Assembly: GCA_903869825.1 (NCBI GenBank)
Contig: CAIQAL010000003.1
Span: forward strand, 3,624-67,623
Length of the DNA stretch: 64,000 nucleotides
From: an uncultured bacterium
GTDB lineage: Bacteria > Patescibacteriota > Minisyncoccia > Phycocordibacterales > UBA9973
Direction of reading: 5' to 3'
A model generated the notes under the pieces. The model saw only the letters and a list, made by a program, of their open reading frames with translations, made no database searches and was not told the origin of the DNA. Position numbers and translations under genes: made by a program. Below are positions 30,838-40,707 of the stretch, one piece after another. The stretch's first letter is position 1, and every line of letters starts with the position of its first letter.

Positions 30838-31560
30838 ATGAAAAAAATATTAATATATATCGTTATAATCGTTGTTATTTTGATCGGGACAGTTTTTTTT
30901 GTTTCAAACAAGGACAAAGTAAATGTGGCGGTAGTGCCAGTAGAAAAAGAATCGATCCCTATGTGTTACCAGTATTCTGAAATAACGCAAAGTGGTTTTA
31001 CTAATCGAGCTTGGCTTAAATTGGATATTCTAGGTGATAAAGTTACCGGTGAATATCAAAATTTGCCAGCGGAAAAAGATAGTAAAGTCGGAAAATTTTC
31101 TGGGGTAGTAGGTCCAATGGACCCCAAAAATAGTGGACGGACGGCTGACGTTTGGTGGGACTCAATGGCGGAAGGAATGAAAGTGACAGAACAACTAAAA
31201 ATTGAATTTGGTGAAGGGAGCGCAGTAGCATTGTTTGGTGAAATGGTAGATCGAGGCGACGGAACTTATCTTTATAAAGATGTCACAAAATTAACTCCTA
31301 GTTTTCAGATGAGTCAAACCGACTGTGAAGTATTGAATGACAAAATTATTGTCGAAAAATATATTCGGGACAACATTAAAAATGTTGCTCCAGAAAAATC
31401 GGTATTAGGCGGTTTATGGTATGTGATTTCGGTTAACGTAAATCCAGCTATGAAAAATGGAACAGTGACTTATGAAGATGGGCATATCCAAAAGAAAGCA
31501 AGTTATAATTATGTCCGGAACGAAGGAGAAGTATTGATTAGTTCAATAAAGTCCATCTAA
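30838..31560 (+). CDS. Membrane-anchored exported hypothetical protein
   Basis: N-terminal TM; CY..LKLDILGDKVTG..DSK.G.F.G..AEG domain; C-terminal YEDGH motif. Confidence 0.75.
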   Translation: MKKILIYIVIIVVILIGTVFFVSNKDKVNVAVVPVEKESIPMCYQYSEITQSGFTNRAWLKLDILGDKVTGEYQNLPAEKDSKVGKFSGVVGPMDPKNSGRTADVWWDSMAEGMKVTEQLKIEFGEGSAVALFGEMVDRGDGTYLYKDVTKLTPSFQMSQTDCEVLNDKIIVEKYIRDNIKNVAPEKSVLGGLWYVISVNVNPAMKNGTVTYEDGHIQKKASYNYVRNEGEVLISSIKSI

Positions 31561-31561
31561 T

Positions 31562-32290
31562 ATGAAATATGGCGATGTTCAAAAAGAACTGAAAAAATAT
31601 TCATCAAAAAAGCGTAAGAAAAATAACGAATGGTATTTTAAAACGGGTCCGGGTGATTATGGTTACGGAGATGTTTTTATTGGTCTTGCAATGCCTGATA
31701 TTCGCAATGTCTCAAAGAAGTTTCAGTCACTTACTCTAGTTGAAATAGAAAAGCTATTGTCGTCAAAAATCCACGAAGAAAGAATGTGTGCTCTTATTAT
31801 TCTTTCCTATCAATTCGAAAAATCTGATGAAAAAATACAGAAAAAGATTTATAGTTTTTATTTAGAAAATACAAAATATATAAATAATTGGGATCTTGTT
31901 GATGTTACAGTCAATCGAATAGTCGGCGCATACTTGTGGAAAAATAAGGCTGCTAGTAGAAAGATTTTATATAAATTTGCGCGTTCAAAAAATATGTGGG
32001 AGAGACGAATTGCGATAATCGCCACTTCATATTTTATATATCAAAATGATTTTAGCGATACGCTTAAAATTTCAAAAATCCTCTTGCGGGATAAGGAAGA
32101 TTTACTACACAAAGCAGTCGGTTGGATGCTTCGAGAAGTCGGCAAGCGCGACCAAAAAATAGAGGAATCATTTCTAAAAAAGAATTACAAAAAAATACCC
32201 AGAACCACTCTTCGTTATGCGATTGAAAAATTTTCGAAGGCAAAAAGGAAGACATATCTTAAAGGAAATATTAATAAAACAGTGGTATAA
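31562..32290 (+). CDS. DNA alkylation repair protein (AlkD-like)
   Basis: GDVFIG, HEER, NNWDLVD, WERR, HKAVGWMLRE.GK, RTTLRYAIE. Confidence 0.9.
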   Translation: MKYGDVQKELKKYSSKKRKKNNEWYFKTGPGDYGYGDVFIGLAMPDIRNVSKKFQSLTLVEIEKLLSSKIHEERMCALIILSYQFEKSDEKIQKKIYSFYLENTKYINNWDLVDVTVNRIVGAYLWKNKAASRKILYKFARSKNMWERRIAIIATSYFIYQNDFSDTLKISKILLRDKEDLLHKAVGWMLREVGKRDQKIEESFLKKNYKKIPRTTLRYAIEKFSKAKRKTYLKGNINKTVV

Positions 32291-32321
32291 TAATATATAA
32301 TTAAAAATTAATACATATTTT

Positions 32322-32747
32322 ATGAAAAAATACAATCCTATCCCACTTGAGGAACTTCAAAAAATAAATAAACCGGTTAATGTAAATGTTAAACACAAGG
32401 AAAGTTTGACTATTCTCGATAGAGTTGCGGTTTTTATTACCAGTATTGTTGGGACAATGTGGTGTGCGATTGCTTTTACGATTCTAGCATCAATAAGCCT
32501 TCCAGATGCCATAAAAGGAGGAAGAGCTACTGTGATATCCTGGATTGCGCAAACATTTCTTCAATTGGTATTACTCTCAGTCATAATGGTTGGGCAGAAT
32601 CTGCAAAGCAGACGTTCCGAGCTAAGGGCTGAAGCTGATTTCGATGTGGACACAAAAGCTGAAATCGAAATAGAAACAATACTGCAACATCTAGAAAACC
32701 AAAACGAAGAAATAGCAAAAATTCTTGAAAACGTTGATAGAAAATAA
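32322..32747 (+). CDS. DUF1003 family membrane protein
   Basis: DRVA..VGTMW, QLVLLSVIMVGQN, C-terminal coiled coil. Confidence 0.75.
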   Translation: MKKYNPIPLEELQKINKPVNVNVKHKESLTILDRVAVFITSIVGTMWCAIAFTILASISLPDAIKGGRATVISWIAQTFLQLVLLSVIMVGQNLQSRRSELRAEADFDVDTKAEIEIETILQHLENQNEEIAKILENVDRK

Positions 32748-32819
32748 CTTATTGAATTCATTATTCTGTCAAGATAGAAAAGAATGTATTTTTTTTAAAA
32801 ATATATTATAATGGGTTTA

Positions 32820-35795
32820 ATGATTTCACGCATATATGTTATTCCAAAAATAAAAGACAGCCGAGAAAGGCTGTTTTTAAAATCATGGTCATCTTTAGGG
32901 CTGTCGGGCAAGTTGTCTGTAGCCAAGGTTATTGATTCATACATCATTGATTATGATTTCTCAAAAGACCAACTTGCTAAGATTTCAGCAATTTTAACCA
33001 ACCAAAATCTTGAGATTGGTTCTGTAAATGAAATTCCTATTGCTTTTGATAAATATAAATACGTAATTGAGATTGGTTTTTTGCCTGGAGTTACGGACAA
33101 TGTCGGGAATACTACTCGAGAAACAATAATTGATTATTTACATTTGGATAAAAATTCCGACCTAAAGGTATTTTCTTCAAAAGTTTTTTTGATTGGAGGA
33201 AAATTGAAGTTTGAAGATGTTAAAAAAATTGCTTTATCTCTCCATAATCCATTAATTGAAAGATCTTATATTGAAAATGCCAAAGTCATTAAAAGAGAAA
33301 AAAGTTTGCCACTGCAAGCCCCGGAAGTTATTTTGGAAAAAAGAGTACCGGTAATCATTGTTTCCCTCAACGTTTCAGACGATGAATTGATAAAAATTGG
33401 ACGGGAAGGGATAGAAGAGAATGGAGTTCGCCGAGGGCCGCTTGCTCTTGATTTGGCATCAATGAAAACGATTCAAAGCTATTTTAACAAACTTGGACGC
33501 GACCCACGTGATATTGAACTTGAAGCGTTGGCTCAGACTTGGAGTGAGCATTGTAAACACACAATATTTGCAAATCCAATAGATGAGATAAAAGATGGTT
33601 TATATAAAACATACATTAAAGGTGCAACAAATTTAATCAGAAAAAATAAAGGATACGGAGATTTTTGTGTGTCTGTTTTTTCCGACAATTCAGGTGGCAT
33701 AATTTTTGACGAGGACAATTTGATTACTCACAAAGTAGAGACTCATAACAGTCCTTCTGCTCTTGATCCATTTGGCGGAGCCATTACCGGAATCGTGGGA
33801 GTGAATCGAGACACAATAGGTTTTGGATTAGGAGCAAAACCGGTGGCAAATGTTTTTGGATATTGCTTTGGTAATCCGGAAGATGTAGAATTTATCTACA
33901 AGGATAAGGAAAGAAAACAGAAAATGTTTCCTCCAAAGCGAATTATGGAAGGTGTGATAAAAGGAGTAAATGCAGGGGGGAATTGTTCAGGAATCCCAAC
34001 AGTTTCTGGTTTTGTTCGTTTTGACGACAGATTTAAAGGAAAACCGTTGGTTTTTGTCGGTACGCTTGGAATTATTCCAAAAAAAATCAATGAAAAATTA
34101 TCGCACGAAAAATGTGCCCTGCTTGGAGATTACATTGTAGTACTGGGGGGGAGAGTCGGAGCGGACGGAATTCACGGAGCGACATTTTCATCAGTTGCAA
34201 TGGATTCAAACAGTCCAGCCACTGCAGTTCAAATAGGTGATCCGATTACCCAGAAGAAATTAAGCGATGCTATTATAAAAGAAGCTCGAGCAATGGATTT
34301 ATACAATAGTATCACTGACAATGGAGCAGGAGGAATTTCTTGTTCAATTGCCGAAATGGCAAAAGAATGTGACGGAGCGGAAGTAAATCTGGAGAAAGTT
34401 CCATTGAAGTATCCCGGTCTTCGCCCTTGGGAGATTTGGATTTCAGAATCACAAGAACGGATGACTTTGGCGGTTCCGAAAAAAAAATGGGAAGTATTTA
34501 AAAAATTAATGGATAGCCGAGGAGTTGAAGCAACTGTTGTTGGAGAGTTTAATAATTCCGGTCGCTGTGTTGTTAAATATGATGGAAGAAAAATTATGGA
34601 TATTGATTTGGAATTTCTTCACAATGGACTTCCAGCAAAACCTCTTAAATCAGAAAAAATAGTTCACACATACCCGGAACCAAAAATGCTGATTGTTTCC
34701 AGAACTAAAATTTTGGAGAATATGTTAGCAGATAAAAATATTTCCGGGTTTTCTTTTATCTCGGAACAATATGACCATGAAGTTCAGGCCGGCTCTGTCT
34801 TAAAGCCTATTTTAGGACGGGGTAGAATTAATACGGAAGCTCAAGTATTTCGTCCCATTCTTTCTTCAAAAAAAGGAGTAGTCCTTTCGTCTGGGATTTG
34901 TCCTTCTTATGGTGATATTAGCACTTATCATATGGCTGCCTGTGCGCTTGATACAACTATTAGAAATATTATTGCTAGCGGAGGAACACTTTCTGAGTTA
35001 GCAATTCTTGACAATACTTGTTGGTGTTCATCATATGACAAAAATCGTTTATATGAACTAATCCAAGCAATGGAAGCTTGTTATGATTACTCTGTAGGAT
35101 ATGGGACTCCTCTTATTTCCGGAAAGGATAGTATGTTTAATGATTTTAAAGGTTATGACGAAAAAGGAAATCCGATAGCGATTTCTATCCCTCCAACCTT
35201 ACTTATTTCTGGAATCTCGATTATCGAAGATATTTATAAAGTAGTCTCGCCGGAATTTAAAAATGCCGGAGACAGTATTTATCTTTTAGGAGAAACACAT
35301 GATGAACTTGGGGCGAGTGAATATTACAAACTTTTGGCAAGAAAAGCAAAAAACAATTCAATCGGCAATAACGTACCGAAAGTTAATCTTGGGAAAAATA
35401 TAAAAGTTTATAATGTCATTGAAAATTTGATTCAAAAAGAATTAATTGCTTCCTCTATTTCTCTTACCGCCGGTGGATTAATCGTGGCATTAGCAAAGGC
35501 CTCGATTGGAGCCCAATTAGGTGCCAAAATCTCAATAAAAAATTTACCCGGTGAGGTTGCGTCAACAGATGTTGCTTTATTTTCGGAAAGCCAAGGGAGG
35601 ATATTGGTTTCAGTTTCTAAAAAAAATGTTTCTAAATTTGAAAAAATAGTTTCAGAAATTCCACATATCAGATTGGGTCAGACAATAAAAGAAACTAAAC
35701 TAATTGTTGTCGGCGACAAAGACAAAAAAATTATTTATGCTAATGTAAAAAAACTCCACAATATTTATCATAGTTTTTCGAATAAAATGTCATGA
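32820..35795 (+). CDS. purL: Phosphoribosylformylglycinamidine synthase PurL with N-terminal PurS-like extension
   Basis: QTWSEHCKH, KVETHNSPS, DGIHGATFSS, DNGAGG, SESQERM, SGKDSM; start at 32820 or 32811. Confidence 0.95.
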   Translation: MISRIYVIPKIKDSRERLFLKSWSSLGLSGKLSVAKVIDSYIIDYDFSKDQLAKISAILTNQNLEIGSVNEIPIAFDKYKYVIEIGFLPGVTDNVGNTTRETIIDYLHLDKNSDLKVFSSKVFLIGGKLKFEDVKKIALSLHNPLIERSYIENAKVIKREKSLPLQAPEVILEKRVPVIIVSLNVSDDELIKIGREGIEENGVRRGPLALDLASMKTIQSYFNKLGRDPRDIELEALAQTWSEHCKHTIFANPIDEIKDGLYKTYIKGATNLIRKNKGYGDFCVSVFSDNSGGIIFDEDNLITHKVETHNSPSALDPFGGAITGIVGVNRDTIGFGLGAKPVANVFGYCFGNPEDVEFIYKDKERKQKMFPPKRIMEGVIKGVNAGGNCSGIPTVSGFVRFDDRFKGKPLVFVGTLGIIPKKINEKLSHEKCALLGDYIVVLGGRVGADGIHGATFSSVAMDSNSPATAVQIGDPITQKKLSDAIIKEARAMDLYNSITDNGAGGISCSIAEMAKECDGAEVNLEKVPLKYPGLRPWEIWISESQERMTLAVPKKKWEVFKKLMDSRGVEATVVGEFNNSGRCVVKYDGRKIMDIDLEFLHNGLPAKPLKSEKIVHTYPEPKMLIVSRTKILENMLADKNISGFSFISEQYDHEVQAGSVLKPILGRGRINTEAQVFRPILSSKKGVVLSSGICPSYGDISTYHMAACALDTTIRNIIASGGTLSELAILDNTCWCSSYDKNRLYELIQAMEACYDYSVGYGTPLISGKDSMFNDFKGYDEKGNPIAISIPPTLLISGISIIEDIYKVVSPEFKNAGDSIYLLGETHDELGASEYYKLLARKAKNNSIGNNVPKVNLGKNIKVYNVIENLIQKELIASSISLTAGGLIVALAKASIGAQLGAKISIKNLPGEVASTDVALFSESQGRILVSVSKKNVSKFEKIVSEIPHIRLGQTIKETKLIVVGDKDKKIIYANVKKLHNIYHSFSNKMS

Positions 35796-36580
35796 TAAAA
35801 AAAACAAACAAAAAAATTAAAATAAAAAAACCAAAGGTGATTATTTTATCCGGTTATGGGCTTAATTGTGAAGAAGAAACGAAGTTTGCTTTTGAACGTG
35901 CCGGTGGCATTGCTGAAATCGTCCATATCAATGATATTATAGCAAAACCAAAAATGCTCGAAGAGTACCATATAATGGCTTTTCCGGGAGGATTTTCTTA
36001 CGGAGATGATACCGGCAGCGGGAAAGCTTATGCAAATAAAATGCGAAATCATTTAAAAAAAGAGTTAGATGAATTCCTGTCTCGTGATACTTTGGCAATT
36101 GGAATTTGTAATGGATTTCAAATAATGACAAATCTTGGAATTTTACCAGGTGCTCTTTTTTACAATAAAAATGGAAGGTATCTTGACCGATGGGTAGATT
36201 TGAAAATTACTGGTAAAAGTCCTTGGCTTTCCGGAATAAGTAAAATATCATTACCAATTGCTCATGGAGAAGGAAGATACATTATTGATAAAACAGAGTA
36301 CAAAAAAATGACTAAGAAGAATGAGGTCGCATTTACATATATGGAAGGGGAAATTTGTAAGTATCAAAATTTAGAGAAAAATCCTAACGGTGCAGATTAT
36401 GATATTGCCGGTGTTTTATCATTTAATGGAAGAGTGCTGGGAATGATGCCCCACCCGGAACGAGCAATGTTTTTCCACCATTCGCCACTTTGGCAAAGCA
36501 AAAAAGATAAAAGAGGGAAAACAGATGATGGAGAAGGAATTATATTATTTAAAAACGCTGTGAACTATTTTAAAAAATGA
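35792..36580 (+). CDS. purQ: FGAM synthase glutaminase subunit
   Basis: PGGFSYGD, GICNGFQ, AHGEG, MMPHPER. Confidence 0.96.
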   Translation: MIKKTNKKIKIKKPKVIILSGYGLNCEEETKFAFERAGGIAEIVHINDIIAKPKMLEEYHIMAFPGGFSYGDDTGSGKAYANKMRNHLKKELDEFLSRDTLAIGICNGFQIMTNLGILPGALFYNKNGRYLDRWVDLKITGKSPWLSGISKISLPIAHGEGRYIIDKTEYKKMTKKNEVAFTYMEGEICKYQNLEKNPNGADYDIAGVLSFNGRVLGMMPHPERAMFFHHSPLWQSKKDKRGKTDDGEGIILFKNAVNYFKK

Positions 36581-37980
36581 AATTAAACGAAAAATGTGCA
36601 GTGTTTGGAATCTTCAATGCTCCCCAAGCATCTGCTAGGCAAGCATATTTTGGTTTGTTTGCGCTTCAACATAGAGGCCAAGAACAAACTGGGATAGTTT
36701 CAACAGATGGAAAAAAGATTTATCACCACAAGGGTTCTGGTTTAGTTACTCAGGTTTATAAAGAAAAAGATATTGAAAGGCTTCTTGGCTCAGCAGCTAT
36801 TGGACATAACCGATATTCCACTTCACGCGGTACAGATTCTCGACATGCGCAACCAATAATTTTTAATCACACTGTTGCATTTGCTCACAATGGGAATTTA
36901 CCTTGCACAAAAACATTAGAAAATTTTCTTAAAAAAAATAAAATTTCAACCAAAAATAATTCTGATTCGGAGTTGATGGCAAAAGCTTTGGGTTACTATA
37001 TGAAAAAAGAAGGACTATCTTTATCCAAAGCGATTGAAAAAGCCTATCCACTTTTCACCGGAGCATTTTCTTGTGTCGCACTTTCCACTCAAGAGTTGGT
37101 TGCATTTCGTGATCCGAGGGGAATTCGACCACTCGTGCTCGGTGAAAATGGAAAAGAAATAATTGTTGCCTCTGAGACCTGTGGTCTCCGTACTACCGGA
37201 GCAAAATTTATCCGTGAAGTTTTGCCGGGCGAAATTTTGACCATCTCAAAGAGTGGCATGAAAAGTAAAATACTGACTAAGGTAGATCCTAAATTTGATA
37301 TTTTTGAGTATGTGTATTTTTCTCGTCATGATACGATAATTTTAGGACAATCCGTGTATACGGTTCGTAAAAATTTCGGTAAAATGTTATTTATAGAAAA
37401 TCCAAAACTTAAAATTGATGTTGTAGTTCCAGTGCCAGAGACTGCCATCCCGGCAGCGATTGGATATTCCCAGGCATCTGGCATACCATTTGAAATGGCT
37501 CTTAACAAAAATCGCTATATTCACCGGACATTTATTGAACCGACTCAAGCAAACCGGGAACAAAAAATTAAAATGAAGCTGACCGTTCTTCGCAGTATTG
37601 TTGCTGGCAAAAGTGTCGGATTAATTGACGATTCAATTGTTCGTGGAAATACTTCCAAACAGATAGTCAAAATGTTTTTCGCTGCAGGAGCGAAAGAGGT
37701 TCATTTTCTGGTTTGTTCTGCCCCGGTTAAATTTCCAGATTTTTATGGAATTGATACACCAAAGCAGGAACATTTAATAGCTTCACAAAAAACTATTCCA
37801 GAAATTTGTGAATTTATTGGAGCGACAACTTTATCTTACTTGTCAATTGACGGGATGGTAAAAGCAACCGGAGTGCCCAAAGAAAGACTCTGCCTTTCGG
37901 CTTTTAATGGTGAGTATCCGTTACCTATTTTTGAGCATGAAAAAGAAATTGCTTATGATAGCTTAAAATTTAAGGATTAA
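36577..37980 (+). CDS. purF: Amidophosphoribosyltransferase
   Basis: EKCAVFG, LQHRGQE, GHNRYST, IDDSIVRGNT. Confidence 0.97.
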   Translation: MKLNEKCAVFGIFNAPQASARQAYFGLFALQHRGQEQTGIVSTDGKKIYHHKGSGLVTQVYKEKDIERLLGSAAIGHNRYSTSRGTDSRHAQPIIFNHTVAFAHNGNLPCTKTLENFLKKNKISTKNNSDSELMAKALGYYMKKEGLSLSKAIEKAYPLFTGAFSCVALSTQELVAFRDPRGIRPLVLGENGKEIIVASETCGLRTTGAKFIREVLPGEILTISKSGMKSKILTKVDPKFDIFEYVYFSRHDTIILGQSVYTVRKNFGKMLFIENPKLKIDVVVPVPETAIPAAIGYSQASGIPFEMALNKNRYIHRTFIEPTQANREQKIKMKLTVLRSIVAGKSVGLIDDSIVRGNTSKQIVKMFFAAGAKEVHFLVCSAPVKFPDFYGIDTPKQEHLIASQKTIPEICEFIGATTLSYLSIDGMVKATGVPKERLCLSAFNGEYPLPIFEHEKEIAYDSLKFKD

Positions 37981-37986
37981 TTTTTT

Positions 37987-38592
37987 ATGAAATTAGCAAT
38001 TCTTATTTCCAATGCCGGCACGGGCACCAATCTCCAAGCAATTATTGATGCTATTCTAGAAGGTAGATTGAACACCGAAATTTGTGCGGTAATTTCAGAT
38101 AAAACCGAAAGCCTAGGGCTCGAACGAGCAAAAAAACATAATTTAAAAATCGAAATTTGTTCTAAAAAAGAAGAATTGAAACTACTTTTGGATAGATTGA
38201 ACCCGGATTATATTTGTTTAGCCGGATGGAAACAAATTATCTTAGATGAAGTTATTTTGGCATATCCAAATAAAATTTTAAATCTGCACCCAGGGCTCAT
38301 ACCAGATTTCATTAGTGGAAAAATAGAAAATCCCGATGGGACGGATGCTCTCTGGAATAAAGGGATGCTGACCGACAAAGCAATCCAAAATTTTCTGGAT
38401 AAAAAAAGTACTTTTGCTGGTTCTTCGATTCATTATCTAACTTCGAATTTTGATTTTGGTCCGGTCCTCGCCAGAACTTTTGAAAAAATTAAAGAAGGGG
38501 ATGATGTGGCGTCTTTATATTCGAGGCTAAAGAAAAAGGAAAATGAAATGTATGTAGAGGTTTTAAAAAATCTAGCAAAGTGTTATGAATAA
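37987..38592 (+). CDS. purN: Phosphoribosylglycinamide formyltransferase
   Basis: ISNAGTGTNLQAI, LAGW, LNLHP, D.GPV. Confidence 0.9.
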   Translation: MKLAILISNAGTGTNLQAIIDAILEGRLNTEICAVISDKTESLGLERAKKHNLKIEICSKKEELKLLLDRLNPDYICLAGWKQIILDEVILAYPNKILNLHPGLIPDFISGKIENPDGTDALWNKGMLTDKAIQNFLDKKSTFAGSSIHYLTSNFDFGPVLARTFEKIKEGDDVASLYSRLKKKENEMYVEVLKNLAKCYE

Positions 38593-39892
38593 ACAAAAAA
38601 TATTGATAATCGGAGGGGGAGGAAGGGAACATGCTATTGGCTGGAAAATAGCTCAATCAAAAAGAGAGCCAGTACTTTACTTTGCCCCAGGAAACGCTGG
38701 TACAGCTGAAATAGGCACGAATCTTGATATTAAAGCAACAGATATTATAAAGCTCTTAGAATTTGTTAAAAATGAAAAAATTACTTTAACTTTGGCAATC
38801 CCAGATGATCCATTGGCTTTAGGCATAGTGGATGAGTTTAGAAAAGATGGATTAAGAATTTTTGGACCGACAAAAGCGGCTGCTCAACTTGAATCTTCCA
38901 AAGCTTTTTCAAAACGTTTTATGAAGCGTCACAATTTGCCGACTGCTCGGTTTGAAGTTTTTAGCGATATAAATCTTGCCAAAGAATATTTAGAAAAAGA
39001 AAGCTTGCCGATTGTGATAAAGGCAAGTGGTTTGGCCTTCGGGAAAGGAGTAATAATTGCCGAAACAAAAGAAGAGGCCGTAAACGTACTTGAAAATATT
39101 TTAGTCAAAAAAATATTCGGAAGTGCTGGGAACGAAGTAGTGATAGAAGAGTTTTTAGTTGGGCCAGAAATTTCTACTCATGCATTTTCTGATGGTAAGA
39201 ATTATAAATTATTTCCAACTTCAGAAGATCATAAGAAAATTGGAGAAAATGATACTGGACCCAATACCGGTGGAATGGGAACGATTGCACCTCTTCCCCG
39301 TCAGATGAAAGGGCAGGCTTTTGTAACAAAAGAATTGCTGAAAAGAATTGAGCATGAAATCATCGCTCCAACTTTGAATGCGATGAGAGAAGATGGAATT
39401 CCTTTTGAAGGGATATTGTATCCTGGTTTGATTCTTACAAAAAATGGGCCCAAAATCCTCGAATACAATGCCCGCTTTGGTGACCCAGAAACGCAAACAT
39501 ATATGAGACTTCTTGAAACCAACCTTTTAGATATTATTAATGCTTGTATTGATAAAAAATTAGAAGAGCTTCCAATAAAATGGAAAGAAGTTTCGGCTTG
39601 CACGATAGTGCTTGCCTCGAACGGATACCCGGGAGTTTACGAAAAAGGAAAAATAATTGATGGAATCGAAGAAGCCGAAAAAGAATCCGACATTGTTGTC
39701 TTTAAAGGAGGAGTAAGAAAAGACGAACAGGGGAATTTAGTTACAAATGGCGGAAGAGTACTTGGAGTAAGTGCGACCGGCAACAATCTAAAAGAAGCCT
39801 TGGCAAAAGCTTACGAGGCAGTATCAAAAATTTCATTTGAAGGAATGCAATACAGGCGTGACATAGGTAAGAAAATATTGTTGTTAAACTAA
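38585..39892 (+). CDS. purD: Phosphoribosylamine--glycine ligase
   Basis: GGGGREHA, GPNTGGMG, EYNARFGDPE, TNGGRVL, YRRDIG. Confidence 0.97.
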   Translation: MNKQKILIIGGGGREHAIGWKIAQSKREPVLYFAPGNAGTAEIGTNLDIKATDIIKLLEFVKNEKITLTLAIPDDPLALGIVDEFRKDGLRIFGPTKAAAQLESSKAFSKRFMKRHNLPTARFEVFSDINLAKEYLEKESLPIVIKASGLAFGKGVIIAETKEEAVNVLENILVKKIFGSAGNEVVIEEFLVGPEISTHAFSDGKNYKLFPTSEDHKKIGENDTGPNTGGMGTIAPLPRQMKGQAFVTKELLKRIEHEIIAPTLNAMREDGIPFEGILYPGLILTKNGPKILEYNARFGDPETQTYMRLLETNLLDIINACIDKKLEELPIKWKEVSACTIVLASNGYPGVYEKGKIIDGIEEAEKESDIVVFKGGVRKDEQGNLVTNGGRVLGVSATGNNLKEALAKAYEAVSKISFEGMQYRRDIGKKILLLN

Positions 39893-39955
39893 TTTTATAT
39901 TGTATACTAAATCTAGATAAGATTTTTTGTTTAACGCGTTAATAACGGAGAGAAT

Positions 39956-40093
39956 ATGGAGCATATTGTTAAACCTGTGGAAGAAAACGTCTTTACCCCA
40001 CTGGCTGACACGGTTGACTACGAACTTCACTTAATAGGAACAGTAGACATAGAGAGTGAAGAAGATGACCGTGAAGATTGGGAGGGTAAATGA
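39956..40093 (+). CDS. Small acidic hypothetical protein (45 aa); not in the ORF track
   Basis: GGAG SD 5 nt upstream, TATACT at 39904, downstream hairpin; MEHIVKPVEENVFTPLADTVDYELHLIGTVDIESEEDDREDWEGK. Confidence 0.6.
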   Translation: MEHIVKPVEENVFTPLADTVDYELHLIGTVDIESEEDDREDWEGK

Positions 40094-40098
40094 TTTTC

Positions 40099-40145
40099 AA
40101 AGGGTTTCAGAACTTTTAAAAGAGCTCTAAACCCTTTTATTTTTT
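40099..40145 (+). terminator. Intrinsic terminator after the small ORF
   Basis: AAAGGGTTT...AAACCCTTT stem followed by a T-rich tract. Confidence 0.7.
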
Positions 40146-40185
40146 ATATTGTTTTATTCGAATTCAAATGATAATATCTATTAAT

Positions 40186-40707
40186 ATGAAAAAAGATGCA
40201 AAAGTTGGAATTGTAATGGGCTCGGATTCTGATTTATTAGTGATGGCAGAGTCAGCAACTTTATTAGAAGAATTTGGAATTCTTTATGAAATTACTGTTG
40301 CATCTGCTCATCGGACACCTCTTTTAGTGCATAAATATGCTTCTCAGGCGCTTTTAAAAGGACTAAAGGTAATAATTGCCGGGGCAGGCGGATCAGCGCA
40401 TTTAGCAGGGGTGATTGCTTCTTTTACCACCCTTCCTGTAATCGGTATACCAATTAAAGCAAAAACACTTGATGGGCTAGATTCACTTTTATCAACTGTG
40501 GGGATGCCTTCCGGAGTTCCTGTTGCTACCGTTGGGATTAATGGGGCAAAAAATGCCGCGCTCTTGGCAATTCAAATTTTGGCCACTTCCGATAAAAATC
40601 TAGAAAAGAAATTAATTGCCTATAAAGAAAAAATGAATGTTGAAATAAAATCAAAAGGTGAAAAGCTTTCTAAGGTTGGTTATAAAAAATATTTGGAAAA
40701 TAAATAA
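40186..40707 (+). CDS. purE: N5-CAIR mutase / AIR carboxylase
   Basis: [32 protein letters not shown]. Confidence 0.96.
   Translation: MKKDAKVGIVMGSDSDLLVMAESATLLEEFGILYEITVASAHRTPLLVHKYASQALLKGLKVIIAGAGGSAHLAGVIASFTTLPVIGIPIKAKTLDGLDSLLSTVGMPSGVPVATVGINGAKNAALLAIQILATSDKNLEKKLIAYKEKMNVEIKSKGEKLSKVGYKKYLENK

Noticed and set aside
39950-40025. Purine or ZTP riboswitch-like words (GAATATGG, GTCTTTACC, GACTACG) in the pur cluster
   Set aside because: Spacing and P2/P3 stems do not fit the purine aptamer, there is no CCGTAAA loop or ZTP GCCTGGGC end, and the region reads better as an ORF with an SD
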